Source: Alphaproteobacteria bacterium (GTDB lineage Bacteria; Pseudomonadota; Alphaproteobacteria; Bin95). Taken from it: a stretch of DNA of 64,000 nt. The stretch lies in NCBI GenBank assembly GCA_038102935.1, contig JAYNYG010000007.1:39270-103269 (forward strand), in the 5' to 3' direction. Positions 18,555-29,505 of the stretch are shown in pieces (positions within the stretch are counted from its first letter, which is position 1; each line of letters begins with the position of its first letter). Made by a program: the position numbers and the translations under genes. Below the pieces are notes generated by a model. The model was not told the DNA's origin. It did no database searches and saw only the letters and a program-made list of their open reading frames with translations.

Positions 18555-20231
18555 CTACTCAGCGGCCATTCCCTGTTCGCGCCCTGCCAAGCGAAAACCT
18601 TCGTAGCCGTTCGCCACTGCTTCCTCGCAGGTCCGGCGGTAAGCGCCAACGCCTGCGATATACGGCATGAACAGGCGAGGTTTGCCGGGGATATTGGCGC
18701 CCATGTACCAGGAGTTCGCTTGCGGGAAGAGCGTTTTATGGGCGACCTCTTGCACGTGATCGACCCAGGCGTCTTCGGCATCAAGCTCCGGCTCGATTTC
18801 ATCCAGCCCCTCCGCCCGCATATGCCGGAGCGTATCGACAACCAGGTCCACATGCTGCTCGATTGAGTTGATCATATTGCCTTTGACGGACGGGCTGCCT
18901 GGCCCCGTGATCATGAACATATTTGGAAAACTAGCGGACATCAGCCCGAGATATGTCCGCGGCCCAGCCTCCCATTTTTGCTTCAACGCCAAGCCATCCC
19001 GCCCGCGGATATCGACGTTGAACAACGTGCCTGTCATGGCGTCGAACCCGGTCGCGAATACGATTGTATCGAATGAGAAGGTTCTGTCGCCAACGATCAG
19101 GCCCACCTCTGTTATCCGCTCAATTCCGGTCTCGCTGATATCGACTAACTCAACAGTCTCCCGGTTGAAGGTCTCGTAATAGCCATTATCGATGCAGATG
19201 CGCTTGGTGCCGATTGGATGCGTCTTCGGGCAGAGAATTTCGGCCGTCGCCGGGTCCTTCACCGTCTCACGGATCTTGCCGCGCACGAATGCCGCCATCG
19301 TATCGTTGGAGGCTTTATTGGTCAGAATATCGTTGAACGCGCCGAGGAATGCGCCTGTCCCCGCCTCCCAGCGCGCCTCATATGTTGCTTGACGCTCGGC
19401 TTCACTCACATCCAACGCAGATTTGTCATTCACCTCACGCAACACGCCGTTTGGCATATAGCGCATTTCCTGGCGCTTCGACGCATAATCGCCCTTCCAG
19501 GAGCCAGCGTACTCTTCTGTCATCGGCATATTGCGCGCGGGTATGGAGAAGTTCGCCTGGCGCTGGAACACGGTCAGGCTTGCGGCCTCCGCTGCAATCT
19601 CCGGAATCGCCTGAATGGCGGAAGAGCCCGTGCCGATCACCGCCACCCGCTTTCCAGCAAAACGAACAGGCTCGCGCGGCCAGTCGCCGGTATGCAAGGT
19701 CTCGCCGTGATAGTCGGCCAAGCCTTCGAACTGCGGAACCTGTGCTGTCGAAATACAGCCGCTCGCCATGATGAAGAACTTGGCGACGATCCGCTCGCCT
19801 TTGTCAGTCATTATCCGCCACAGCTTTGCCGCTTCATCATAGCTTGCGGCGCGGACTTCTGTATCGAATGCGATGTATTTGCGGAGGTCAAACCTGTCCG
19901 CCACATGGTTGGCATAAGCTAGAATATCCGCCTGTGCGGAGAACTTCTCGGGCCAATCCCAGTCCTGCTGTAGCGCCTCATCAAAGCCGTAGGAATACTG
20001 CATGCTTTCAACATCGCAGCGCGCGCCGGGGTAGCGGTTCCAATACCAGGTCCCGCCAACGCCGCCGCCGCGCTCAAAACACCGCACGGAGAAACCCTCT
20101 TCAGCAAACTTTCGCAGCAGGTAGAGACCGGCAAATCCGGCGCCGACGACAACCACATCCACTTCATCAGGCGCGGCGGAGGAACTGGTCATGCGAACTA
20201 TCCTAAAAGCAATTGGACCCTGCCAAAGCAT
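18555..20231 (-). CDS. Type I Baeyer-Villiger (flavin-containing) monooxygenase
   Basis: Two Rossmann motifs (VVVVGAGFAGL and VAVIGTGSSAIQ) and the BVMO fingerprint YHGETLHTGDWP (FxGxxxHxxxWP). Confidence 0.85.
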   Translation of the reverse strand: MLWQGPIAFRIVRMTSSSAAPDEVDVVVVGAGFAGLYLLRKFAEEGFSVRCFERGGGVGGTWYWNRYPGARCDVESMQYSYGFDEALQQDWDWPEKFSAQADILAYANHVADRFDLRKYIAFDTEVRAASYDEAAKLWRIMTDKGERIVAKFFIMASGCISTAQVPQFEGLADYHGETLHTGDWPREPVRFAGKRVAVIGTGSSAIQAIPEIAAEAASLTVFQRQANFSIPARNMPMTEEYAGSWKGDYASKRQEMRYMPNGVLREVNDKSALDVSEAERQATYEARWEAGTGAFLGAFNDILTNKASNDTMAAFVRGKIRETVKDPATAEILCPKTHPIGTKRICIDNGYYETFNRETVELVDISETGIERITEVGLIVGDRTFSFDTIVFATGFDAMTGTLFNVDIRGRDGLALKQKWEAGPRTYLGLMSASFPNMFMITGPGSPSVKGNMINSIEQHVDLVVDTLRHMRAEGLDEIEPELDAEDAWVDHVQEVAHKTLFPQANSWYMGANIPGKPRLFMPYIAGVGAYRRTCEEAVANGYEGFRLAGREQGMAAE

Positions 20232-20600
20232 ATACAGCGACGTATCGCGTCAGACCGGCCAGCAATGGTAGCGGCGTCAGCATATCAACATTACGCCTTC
20301 TCGCCAGCTCTGGGCGCATCGCGATTGTGGGGAGTTGGAACTCAGCCTGGAAACCAATAACTTCATTTGATTGAATACAAATCATTTTCTTCTCGTTTTG
20401 AAGGCCTTCGAACCTCAGCATTTCCCGTGATTTCTTGGCTTTCGTTGCAACATTTACTAAAATTCAAGACGCCTATTGCAAATAATTGAGTAGTCCAAAT
20501 ACTATTCATGACGATCATGACTATGGATCGTTGAGCGCGGGGGCGGCTCTAAACTTAAATATGTGTGATTTGGATGCAATCATCCATTGATAGGTTTTGA
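20232..20600. promoter_or_regulatory. AT-rich (roughly 40% GC by eye) 370-bp intergenic spacer upstream of the large adhesin-like gene
   Basis: Compositionally distinct from the flanking DNA of the window. Contains runs such as TTGAATACAAATCATTTTCTTCTCGTTTTGAAGG and TAAAATTCAAGACGCCTATTGCAAATAATTGAG. Confidence 0.4.
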
Positions 20601-23543
20601 TTGCAGTCGCCCAACTGCGGCGCGCAAGCCCGCAAGCGCAACAGGGCAAGATTCATGAGCAGCTACCAAGACTTCACGTTCACCGCCATCTCCGGCCATG
20701 ACATTTTGGCCGCCAGCGACAGCAATCTGAACTGCGGCGACAGCTTTACCATGGGCTTCAGCGCCAATGTGCAGATGACTGTCTCAGACAACGACAGCCG
20801 CCTCTCTGGCGATGCCCGGCGTAATGAGCAAGGCGATGACCGGCGCGGCCAGACGGCTGAGATCGAAGTCGATGGCGCTGTCCTGCACTCCGGCGCCAAG
20901 ATTTATGCTGAGCAGGTCTATGTGCTGACAGATGCGAACGGCGGCTGGCACTTTCTGGTGGAGATCGAAGTCGCTGGCGCAGCAGGCTCAGACCTCGATG
21001 ATTTCTATGCCTTCCTCGGGGACGCGCCGCCAGCGGGCGCAGTGCTGACTGTCGCAGGGCAATTCAATGTGCGCGGCAATTGGCTGAAATACCGAGACCT
21101 GACAGGCGGCCTCAATTGGGATCTAGATGGCAATGGCGCTGTTACCGTCGAAGCCGAAGACTTGGCGCTCACGAACTACCGCATCGATGATGTGGACGCC
21201 GCCTCAAACGGCGAAGTAATCAAACTGAAACGGGGCGAGGGCGAAGCTGGCGTGACGTTTGGCGCCGAAAGCGGCGTATATGATCTAGCTGTCGCCTATA
21301 TCGATGAGAATGACGGCCAAGGCATGATTGAAGTGCTGTTGAATGGCGCGCTCATACAAACAATCACGCTTGATCAAGATGATAATGGCAACGGGGATGA
21401 CGCCTCAACAATCTCCACCATCGTTATAGAAAGCCTGAATCTGAACCAGGGCGACGCGATTGTTCTACGTGGCGCACGTGACGGCGGCGAATTCGCCCGC
21501 ATCGATGCGCTGACATTTACGAGCGCCGGCACCAACACTGCGCCTGAGGCGAATGCCGAGGCCGCAAGCATCGCCCAGGGCGCCACATTGTCGCTCGACC
21601 TTTTGAGCAATGATAGCGATGCCGAGGGCGACACGCTGTTCATCACGGAAGCGGGCGGCGCGCCCGTCGGCATCGAATTCAGCGCAACGTCCGCCGGAGG
21701 CCGCACTGCACTGGTGACGGTCTCGTCTGCGGGCGTGCTGACATTCGCAGCCGCGAGCGCCGCCTTCAGTGATTTAGCCCTTGGCCAGCAAGACTTCTTG
21801 TCCGTCGCCTACACAGTGACTGACGCGCAGGGCGCCAGCAGCAGCGCAACGGCGGCCATCACCATCATCGGCGCGAATGACGGACCCACCGTTGCAGGCA
21901 TTGTCGAGGCGTCCGGCGCCGAAGGCGGCCCAGCCTTCATCGTTGATCTGCTGCAAGGCGCAAATGACGTTGATGATGGCGCAACGCTAAGCGTCCAAAA
22001 TCTGGTGTTGATTGATGGGGATGACAAAGGCGCTACGATTAGCGGTGCTAATGTCTCCATAGACACGACCCAATATGAGAACTTAAGCGCAGGCCAAACA
22101 GAGCTGTTACGCTATACCTACACCATTGCAGACGAGCATGGCGCGACGGTGGCGCAGACGGCGGAAATCAGCATTACCGGAGAGAATGACGCGCCAACTG
22201 TTAGCGGAGCCGTTACGGCGGAAGCGACCGAGGATGATGCGGCATTCACGGTCAATCTCCTCGACGGCGCCGCTGATCCGGACGAGTCCGATACGCTGAC
22301 AATCGCGAACTTGACGCTGATCAGTGGCGACGACAGCGGCGTCAAATTGAATGGCGCAGTGTTGGAGATCAATCCAGACGCCTATGACAGCCTTGCGGCG
22401 AACGAATTCGCTGTCATCAATTACAGCTATGATGTCACCGACGGGAACGGCGGCGCCGTCGCGCAAACAGCGACAATCACAATTGACGGATTGAGTGATG
22501 CCCCGGTCGCACTGCCTGGCGCGGCGACAGGAGATGAAGACACGCCGATTACCGGTCAAGTCATCGCTTTCGATCCAGACGTCAATGACACCCTAAGCTA
22601 TAGCCAGCAAAGCCAAAGCCTGACCGGCACAGCCTTTGTGAACAGTGACGGCACGTTCATCTGGTTTCCTGGCAATAATGGCGGCAATTTCAGCGGCGAA
22701 GTAGTGTTCGATTATCGCGTCATCGACAGTAGCGGGGCGACGGATGTCGGGGGGATCACCATTACGGTCAACCCTGTGAACGATACACCAGATGCTGCAA
22801 ATGATAGCTTCATCGTCGCTGAAGGTGCTGTATTTTCGGCAGACTTGCTCGCGAATGATGATGATATCGACATTGGCGATGTGCTGAGCATCACGTCCGC
22901 GAACGGGTTTGCGGCAGGCTCAACCTTCGCTGTCACCTCTGCCGCAGGCCGGGACGGCTCAGTCACTGTGTCCGCAAACGGCGCCGCAAACCTGACCTTC
23001 GACCAGCAAGGCAACTTCGATGATCTCGCGGCTGGCGAGACGGATACGGTCTCAATCAACTACGCAATTAGTGACGGTAATGGCGGCGTAGATGCGGCGG
23101 ACGCGACAATCACCATTGTCGGCGCCGGCCCTGCATCGGCGAGCGCATCAGCGAGCGGAGCAACGCCAAACTCCGGCGATGCGGTAGAAATCACGCTCAG
23201 CGGCGATTCAACGACGCTCGATGGTACGGCGGACCTGAATGTGCTGATTTCGGGTGGAACAGTCATAGATGCAGATCTGATCCTGTTTGATGATTCCGCC
23301 GTATTTGGCACGTTGATCGACACAATCGAATTCGATCTGCCAGGCAGTGTGGATGACCCTGCCAATCCCGATCTACTCAGCACAGGGCTTGGCCTTGAAT
23401 TGATGCTAGCGAATGTGAGCGGCTTTGCTAACGATCTAGGCGACGCGAACCGGGCTGCCCTCGTTGTTCAATTCGATGATGACAATGATGACGTTGTCGA
23501 TCTTTCGCTATTCGCTGAAATCGAAATCTTCGGACTGGCCTAA
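20601..23543 (+). CDS. Large secreted-type protein: N-terminal CBM6/35-like beta-sandwich plus at least 5 cadherin-like/VCBS-type repeats; candidate T1SS adhesin
   Basis: No signal peptide. The N-terminal module VEAEDLALTNYRIDD...GEVIKLKRGEGEAGVTFGAESGVYDLAVAYIDENDGQGMIEVLLNGALIQTITL resembles carbohydrate-binding module family 6. It is followed by repeated units of about 100 aa (..ANDGPTV.G.V...EDDAAFTVNLLDGA.DPDESDTLTIANLTLISGDD...) and an acidic C-terminus. An alternative ATG start lies at 20655. Confidence 0.75.
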   Translation: MQSPNCGAQARKRNRARFMSSYQDFTFTAISGHDILAASDSNLNCGDSFTMGFSANVQMTVSDNDSRLSGDARRNEQGDDRRGQTAEIEVDGAVLHSGAKIYAEQVYVLTDANGGWHFLVEIEVAGAAGSDLDDFYAFLGDAPPAGAVLTVAGQFNVRGNWLKYRDLTGGLNWDLDGNGAVTVEAEDLALTNYRIDDVDAASNGEVIKLKRGEGEAGVTFGAESGVYDLAVAYIDENDGQGMIEVLLNGALIQTITLDQDDNGNGDDASTISTIVIESLNLNQGDAIVLRGARDGGEFARIDALTFTSAGTNTAPEANAEAASIAQGATLSLDLLSNDSDAEGDTLFITEAGGAPVGIEFSATSAGGRTALVTVSSAGVLTFAAASAAFSDLALGQQDFLSVAYTVTDAQGASSSATAAITIIGANDGPTVAGIVEASGAEGGPAFIVDLLQGANDVDDGATLSVQNLVLIDGDDKGATISGANVSIDTTQYENLSAGQTELLRYTYTIADEHGATVAQTAEISITGENDAPTVSGAVTAEATEDDAAFTVNLLDGAADPDESDTLTIANLTLISGDDSGVKLNGAVLEINPDAYDSLAANEFAVINYSYDVTDGNGGAVAQTATITIDGLSDAPVALPGAATGDEDTPITGQVIAFDPDVNDTLSYSQQSQSLTGTAFVNSDGTFIWFPGNNGGNFSGEVVFDYRVIDSSGATDVGGITITVNPVNDTPDAANDSFIVAEGAVFSADLLANDDDIDIGDVLSITSANGFAAGSTFAVTSAAGRDGSVTVSANGAANLTFDQQGNFDDLAAGETDTVSINYAISDGNGGVDAADATITIVGAGPASASASASGATPNSGDAVEITLSGDSTTLDGTADLNVLISGGTVIDADLILFDDSAVFGTLIDTIEFDLPGSVDDPANPDLLSTGLGLELMLANVSGFANDLGDANRAALVVQFDDDNDDVVDLSLFAEIEIFGLA

Positions 23544-24562
23544 ACGCGCGAGCGCCCGGCCCTAGCGACGTCAAAGCAGGCGCGCCATAGGGCGAGCGTA
23601 TCGGAAACACCCGTTGACTTGAGCTCGATCTCAGCCGCAAGGAGCCGGTCAACGGCGAGCGAGAGGCGCGGGCGCGTCCACTTGCGGGCCTGGGCTTCAA
23701 AAGCTGATTTTCGTTTGAAGAAGATCGGCGGGCGAACGCCGCTAATCGCTGCTTCCAGCCCGACACTCTCCGCCCGGGATGTGACGGCGCGAAGCTTGGT
23801 CATATGCATCATGAGACCGCGCACGACGGCGATGGGCGACACGCCATCCGCCATCAGTCGATCAAATGTGCGATGGAGCGCAGTGATATCGCCGGAAGCT
23901 ACGGCATAAACCAAGTCATCCGTACCTGACGCGCCCGCATCGCCAATTGCAGCAATCGCTTCGTCCAATGAGATTTCGCCGCCGGCTTCGGCATAGAGCA
24001 CCAGCTTCTCGATCTCCATCCGTGTGGCGCCTCTATCCGCGCCGAGCCTGGCGACGACATAGGCATGGGCGTCACGAGAGAGGCGGACATTCGCGTCTTT
24101 GAGCGCCTTGTCGAGGAGCGTAAGAAGCGCGCGGCCCTCATCGGCATAGCATGGCACGGCTGCGGCCTGGGGCGCGGACTCAAACAGCTTCACGATAGCT
24201 GCATCCCGCCGCAGCACCCCCGCTTCAGCGACGATCAGCGCATCGCCCGGCGGTGTTTTCACAACGTCCGCCAAATAGCGGCTCTGGTCCCCAGCGACAT
24301 TGCGGAGGCGAATAACGCGCCGACCGCCGCCAAACGCCATAGCAGCAGCTTCATCCGCCAGCCGCGCCGGGTCAGCCGAAAGGCTGGCGCCGTCAATAGT
24401 GGCGACGCGGAATGGATCGTCGAGATCAGGGCAAACCGTCTTAGCGATGCGCTTCGCTTGCTCACGGACTTGGCCAGCATCGCCGCCATAGATCAGGCAA
24501 GCGCGAAGGTCCTCCGGGGGGGCATCTAGAAACCGTTCTATATCGCGGGCGGCGAGCTTCAT
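23540..24562 (-). CDS. holA: DNA polymerase III delta subunit
   Basis: 340 aa, MKLAARDIERFLDAPPEDLRACLIYGGDAGQVRE..., in the leuS-lptE-holA arrangement conserved in proteobacteria. Confidence 0.8.
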   Translation of the reverse strand: MKLAARDIERFLDAPPEDLRACLIYGGDAGQVREQAKRIAKTVCPDLDDPFRVATIDGASLSADPARLADEAAAMAFGGGRRVIRLRNVAGDQSRYLADVVKTPPGDALIVAEAGVLRRDAAIVKLFESAPQAAAVPCYADEGRALLTLLDKALKDANVRLSRDAHAYVVARLGADRGATRMEIEKLVLYAEAGGEISLDEAIAAIGDAGASGTDDLVYAVASGDITALHRTFDRLMADGVSPIAVVRGLMMHMTKLRAVTSRAESVGLEAAISGVRPPIFFKRKSAFEAQARKWTRPRLSLAVDRLLAAEIELKSTGVSDTLALWRACFDVARAGRSRV

Positions 24563-24566
24563 GGTG

Positions 24567-25043
24567 TCAGCGCCAGCCCGCCGCCGCTGCGCGTGCAGTC
24601 GCCGCTTGGGCTACAAGATCGGCAAGCCTGGCCGCCGCCCGCTCCCGCGCAGCGCTTTCGGCGGTGTAATTGGCGTAGTCTGATGCGAGCACATTGTATG
24701 CCTCGACGACACGCACGCGGCCCTCCAATGGCCTTGGCGCATCTGCCGCAAGCGGCGTTAAGCGCCAGCCCGCTGTCATGGTCACACGACGGCGAGTCGC
24801 GTCGCCCGCAGCGTCAATCGCCGTTACGGCAGAGGCCTGCGCCAATGCCACATTCAGCCGATAGTTTGCTGCGGCAGCAGGAGAGAAGCGGCGTTGGAGC
24901 GCCGTTCGCAGAACCTGGCCTTCGCGGTTTGGAATGAGCGCCACTTCAACGCTGAGCCGGCCGCCGGATGTAGCCCCGCCGTCCGGCTCGCCATAGAGCG
25001 GCTTGAAACCACATGCGGCGAGCATGAGCGCCGCAGCGGCCAT
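24567..25043 (-). CDS. lptE: LPS-assembly lipoprotein LptE
   Basis: Lipobox LAAC, GFKPLYG motif, and position between leuS and holA. The start was trimmed to MAAAALMLAAC to avoid overlapping leuS. Confidence 0.7.
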   Translation of the reverse strand: MAAAALMLAACGFKPLYGEPDGGATSGGRLSVEVALIPNREGQVLRTALQRRFSPAAAANYRLNVALAQASAVTAIDAAGDATRRRVTMTAGWRLTPLAADAPRPLEGRVRVVEAYNVLASDYANYTAESAARERAAARLADLVAQAATARAAAAGWR

Positions 25044-25077
25044 GAGCGCCGCATTGCGCAACAGCTCTCCTTGGCGG

Positions 25078-27642
25078 CTAGGCCACCACATTGACGATCC
25101 GGTTCGGCACGACAATCACTTTGCGTGGCGGCTTGCCATCCAGATTGCGGGCGACATTGTCTTCCGCCAGCGCCGCCGCCTTCACTAGGTCTTCTGGATG
25201 ATCGCGCGGCACATCAATCGATCCGCGCCGCTTGCCGTTCACCTGCACCGGCATCGTGACCATGTCGTCTACGACAAGTGCAGGGTCGGCGACCGGCCAC
25301 GGCGCGTCTGCAATGAGTTCTGTATGGCCAAGCCTCGACCACATTTCTTCCGCGATATGCGGCGTGATTGGGCAGATCAGGCGCACTAAGGCTTCTAGGC
25401 CTTCACGATAAGCTGCGGCCATTCCAGCGCTATCGCCTTTAGCGTCCGCCATCGCGTTTGTCAGCTCACGGATACGGGCGACCGCGCGGTTGAAGTGGAA
25501 TTTCTCTAAATCCTCTGAAACGCCATGCACCGCCTTATGCACGGCGCGGCGCAGCGCGCTTGCCGCATCGTTATAGCTGTCCGCCTCTTTCGCATCCCCA
25601 AAAGCCACTGGCGGTTCGTCCAGCAAACGCCAGAGCCGGTTGATGTAGCGCCAGGCGCCTTCAACGCCGGACTCTGTCCACTCAAGATCCCGCTCCGGCG
25701 GGCTGTCAGACATCATGAACAGGCGCGCCGTATCAGCGCCGTAGGTTTCCAGAATGAGTTCTGGGTCCACCACGTTTTTCTTGGACTTGGACATCTTCTC
25801 AGACCGGCCAAGCGTAGCGTTCGCGCCAGACGAAATCTCTGTCACCACATCGCCTAACTTATCGACCTCATTCGGCAGCAGCCAACGGCCATCCTTGGCG
25901 CGGTAGGTTTCGTGGCAGACCATGCCCTGCGTGAAGAGGCCAGTGAACGGCTCGCCACTCTCCAGGTTTACGTAACCGCAATCTCTGAGCGCACGCATGA
26001 AGAAGCGCGAATACAGGAGATGCAGCACCGCATGCTCAACGCCGCCGACATATTGGTCGACCGGCATCCAATAATCATGCTCAGCCTGGTCAAACGCTTG
26101 GCTTTCCTCATGTGTGGAGGTGAAGCGGGAGAAATACCAGGAGCTTTCGAAGAATGTATCGAAGGTGTCTGTCTCGCGCACGGCAGGCTTGCCGCAGCTC
26201 GGGCAATCAACATGTTTCCAGGTCGGGTGCCGGTCCAGTGGGTTGCCGGGATGGTCGAAATCCACATCATCCGGCAGAGTCACCGGCAGTTGGTCTTTCG
26301 GCACGGGCAACGCGCCGCAATCACCGCAATGGATCACCGGGACCGGGCAGCCCCAATAGCGCTGACGGGAGACGCCCCAATCGCGGAGGCGGAACACCGT
26401 CGCCAACTCGCCATCGTCCTGCGCTTCCAAGGATTTTGCAGCGGCGGCTTTGGCAGCCTCGACTTCCATGCCGTCCAAGAAGCCAGAGTTGTAGATGACG
26501 CCAGGGCCAGTATAGGCTTCATCGCCGACGCTGAAGGTCGCAGCGTCTGCATCCAATGGCAGCACAACCGGCGTCACGTCCAGGCCGTACTTCCGGGCGA
26601 AATCCAGATCGCGCTGGTCATGCGCTGGGCAGCCGAAAATAGCGCCCGTGCCATATTCCATCAGCACGAAATTGGCGATGTAGACGGGCAATTCCATGCC
26701 CTCGACCAGTGGATGCTTAACGGTGAGACCGGTGTTGAAGCCAAGCTTCTCCGCCTTCTCAATCGCCGCCTCGGAGGTGCCCAACTTCTGGCACTCAGCG
26801 ATGAACGCCGCCGCTTCTGGGTTTTTGGACGCAACTTCGGCGCTCAATGGATGGTCCGGCGAGAGGGCGCAGAACGATGCCCCAAACAGGGTATCCGGCC
26901 GGGTTGTGAACACCTCAATCCGGTCGTCTCGGTCCTTCAAAGAGAATTGCACGCGGGCGCCGGTCGACTTGCCGATCCAGTTCCCCTGCATATGACGCAC
27001 TTTTTCGGGCCAGCGATCCAGCGTGTCGATGGCGGCCAGAAGGTCGTCTGCGTATTCGGTGATCTTCAGGAACCACTGAGAAAGCTGGCGACGCTCAACT
27101 GGCGCGCCGGAACGCCAGCCGCAGCCATCGATCACCTGTTCGTTGGCTAGAACTGTGTTCTCAACCGGGTCCCAATTGACCCAGGATTCCTTCCGGTAAG
27201 CCAAACCCTTCGCCATGAAATCCAGGAACATCGCCTGTTCATGTTTGAAATATTCAGGCTCACAGGTCGCGAGCTCACGGCTCCAATCATAAGAGAGGCC
27301 CATACTCTTGAGCTGACCGCGCATTGTTTTGATATTTTCGCGCGTCCACGTGCCAGGATGCACCTTCGCTTCAAACGCCGCATTTTCTGCCGGCAGGCCG
27401 AAAGCATCCCAGCCCATAGGATGCAGCACATTGAAGCCCTGCGCCCGCTTGTAGCGCGCAACCACGTCGCCCAAAGTGAAATTCCGCACATGCCCCATAT
27501 GGATGCGCCCAGAGGGATAGGGAAACATCTCCAGCACATAGTATTTCGGCCGGGACGGGTCAGCGACAGCCTTAAAAACTGCGCCATCTTCCCAGCGCGC
27601 GCGCCATTTGGGTTCAGTCTCGGCGACGTTGTAGCGCGCCAT
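25078..27642 (-). CDS. leuS: Leucyl-tRNA synthetase
   Basis: 854 aa with class I motifs HMGHVRN (HIGH) and KMSKS, plus the editing domain. Confidence 0.95.
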   Translation of the reverse strand: MARYNVAETEPKWRARWEDGAVFKAVADPSRPKYYVLEMFPYPSGRIHMGHVRNFTLGDVVARYKRAQGFNVLHPMGWDAFGLPAENAAFEAKVHPGTWTRENIKTMRGQLKSMGLSYDWSRELATCEPEYFKHEQAMFLDFMAKGLAYRKESWVNWDPVENTVLANEQVIDGCGWRSGAPVERRQLSQWFLKITEYADDLLAAIDTLDRWPEKVRHMQGNWIGKSTGARVQFSLKDRDDRIEVFTTRPDTLFGASFCALSPDHPLSAEVASKNPEAAAFIAECQKLGTSEAAIEKAEKLGFNTGLTVKHPLVEGMELPVYIANFVLMEYGTGAIFGCPAHDQRDLDFARKYGLDVTPVVLPLDADAATFSVGDEAYTGPGVIYNSGFLDGMEVEAAKAAAAKSLEAQDDGELATVFRLRDWGVSRQRYWGCPVPVIHCGDCGALPVPKDQLPVTLPDDVDFDHPGNPLDRHPTWKHVDCPSCGKPAVRETDTFDTFFESSWYFSRFTSTHEESQAFDQAEHDYWMPVDQYVGGVEHAVLHLLYSRFFMRALRDCGYVNLESGEPFTGLFTQGMVCHETYRAKDGRWLLPNEVDKLGDVVTEISSGANATLGRSEKMSKSKKNVVDPELILETYGADTARLFMMSDSPPERDLEWTESGVEGAWRYINRLWRLLDEPPVAFGDAKEADSYNDAASALRRAVHKAVHGVSEDLEKFHFNRAVARIRELTNAMADAKGDSAGMAAAYREGLEALVRLICPITPHIAEEMWSRLGHTELIADAPWPVADPALVVDDMVTMPVQVNGKRRGSIDVPRDHPEDLVKAAALAEDNVARNLDGKPPRKVIVVPNRIVNVVA

Positions 27643-27773
27643 CGTTCAATACTCCGGGATAGGCAGCATCAGGATGCGCAGAGAGACGCGCGCCCAAATT
27701 CAAAGTTCATGTGAGAAACTACCGGTTAAACGGCGGCGATCAAGCCCGTGAATTAGGCTGCGGCGCTATGCGC

Positions 27774-28340
27774 TTACCCGCGCGCGCCAGTAGAAGCGAC
27801 ACGAAGCTCGCGCGCCCGCTCCAGAATGCGGTTTTCAATGTTGATCGCAGTCTTCTTATCGAGCGGAGCCGGCGCCCATTGGCCGCCAGCTGTTTGCTCT
27901 TTGAATACAGCGACCCGCAGACCATCCGCCCGCAACTGCCGGTCAAGGATGAATACGTTCAACTTGAACCGCTCATTCGGCGCTTCCGGCGGCGAGTACC
28001 AATCAGTGATGATCACGCCGCCAAATGGGTCAGCCGCAGACAATGGCATGAATGACACCGTATCGAGCGAGGCGCGCCAAAGGAAACTATTCACTGCGAC
28101 GCCGCCCGAGCCACCGCCACCGCCGCCTTCACCGTCTCCGCCGCCACCGCCTAGAATATCGATGCCGCCCTTACCAAACACAGATTGGTCAGCGGACCGA
28201 TCATAGGCGTCAGTACCACCGCGGCTGATGCGTTGCGTTTCAGGGTAGACTTGATCCCCACCGCCAAGATCACTGCAAGCCTGAAGCATAAACGCCAGGC
28301 CGATGGTCGCGCCTAAGGCTACGATTGTCGTTTTGCGCAT
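27774..28340 (-). CDS. DUF3576-type lipoprotein
   Basis: MRKTTIVALGATIGLAFMLQACSD is a lipobox. A G-rich linker and conserved C-terminal domain follow. The ATG at 28340 has a GGAGGCGGG ribosome-binding site. Confidence 0.6.
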   Translation of the reverse strand: MRKTTIVALGATIGLAFMLQACSDLGGGDQVYPETQRISRGGTDAYDRSADQSVFGKGGIDILGGGGGDGEGGGGGGSGGVAVNSFLWRASLDTVSFMPLSAADPFGGVIITDWYSPPEAPNERFKLNVFILDRQLRADGLRVAVFKEQTAGGQWAPAPLDKKTAINIENRILERARELRVASTGARG

Positions 28341-28521
28341 GCGTCCCGCCTCCAATAAAAAAGATCGCCAGTGTAGATTTCCCAATAACTAGCGAATTGT
28401 GGCGTAATTTTGAAGGGTCGCGCGTCACAATTCAGCGATGCAGGCATGCGGCTTTCAGCGGCGCCATAGGCTGGCGCGCCAAGGATCGCTATCATAGGGT
28501 GACCAATCTTTTCCCCAAGGA

Positions 28522-29484
28522 ATGCATTCGCCCATGAGCCTCGCCGTCGCCCTCCAAATGGACCCCGTCGAACCCATTGACATCAATGGTGATTCTTCTT
28601 TCGTGCTGGGGCTTGAAGCGCAAGCGCGCGGCTACACGCTCTGGCATTATCTGCCGAACGCGCTGTCGCTTCGGGACGGCAAAGTGACCGCGCGGGCGCA
28701 GCGGCTGGAACTCCGCCGCGAACTTGGACGCCATTATACGCTCGGTGAGCCGGAAATCATTGATCTATCCACAATGGATGTGGTGCTGATGCGCCAGGAC
28801 CCGCCATTCGATATGGCCTATATCACCGCGACCCACATCCTGGAGCATGTCCATCCCAAAACCTTGGTCGTGAATGACCCGGCAGAAGTGCGGAATGCGC
28901 CCGAAAAACTGTTCGTCACGCATTTTGACGGCCTGTTGCCGCCGACGCTAATTTCATCAGATAGCAAGGCCATTCTGGATTTCCGGGCGGAACATGAAGA
29001 TGTGATCGTCAAGCCGCTGTTCGGCAATGGCGGCGCTGGCGTGTTCCATATCAAGCCGGGCGATGAGAACTTAACCAGCCTGATGGAGCTTTTCACCGAG
29101 TTCTATCGCGAGCCGATGATCATCCAAAAATACCTCTCGGACGTGCGCAACGGCGATAAGCGGATCATCTTGGTTGATGGCGAGGCTGTCGGCGCGATTG
29201 ACCGTGTGCCGGCGGAAGGCGAAGCGCGCGCCAACATGCATGTCGGCGGCCAGGCGATCAAAGCTGGGCTAACGGCGCGCGACAAAGAAATTTGCGACAT
29301 GATCGGACCATCTCTTAAGGAACGCGGGCTGGTATTCGTCGGCATTGACGTCATCGGCAATCACCTGACGGAGATTAACGTCACCTCGCCGACAGGCATC
29401 CAGGAGATCAACCGCTTCGACGGCTCCAAGCTCGAAGCGCTGATCTGGGACGCCATCGAACGGCGTATCAACGCCGCCGCCTAG
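28522..29484 (+). CDS. gshB: Glutathione synthetase
   Basis: ATP-grasp fold, 320 aa, with [13 protein letters not shown] and [14 protein letters not shown]. Confidence 0.9.
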   Translation: MHSPMSLAVALQMDPVEPIDINGDSSFVLGLEAQARGYTLWHYLPNALSLRDGKVTARAQRLELRRELGRHYTLGEPEIIDLSTMDVVLMRQDPPFDMAYITATHILEHVHPKTLVVNDPAEVRNAPEKLFVTHFDGLLPPTLISSDSKAILDFRAEHEDVIVKPLFGNGGAGVFHIKPGDENLTSLMELFTEFYREPMIIQKYLSDVRNGDKRIILVDGEAVGAIDRVPAEGEARANMHVGGQAIKAGLTARDKEICDMIGPSLKERGLVFVGIDVIGNHLTEINVTSPTGIQEINRFDGSKLEALIWDAIERRINAAA

Positions 29485-29505
29485 AGCAGGGCTAAGGGGC
29501 AAATC

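Noticed and set aside
20203-20421. 72-aa ORF in the AT-rich spacer upstream of the adhesin-like gene.
   Set aside because: No ribosome-binding site, atypical codon usage, and it lies antisense in a probable promoter region. Kept only as a note in the AT-rich finding.
18303-20600. Possible intact genomic island integrated at tRNA-Arg.
   Set aside because: No integrase, excisionase or mobility genes are present. Only a short direct repeat 114 bp from the tRNA is seen, so at most a scar.
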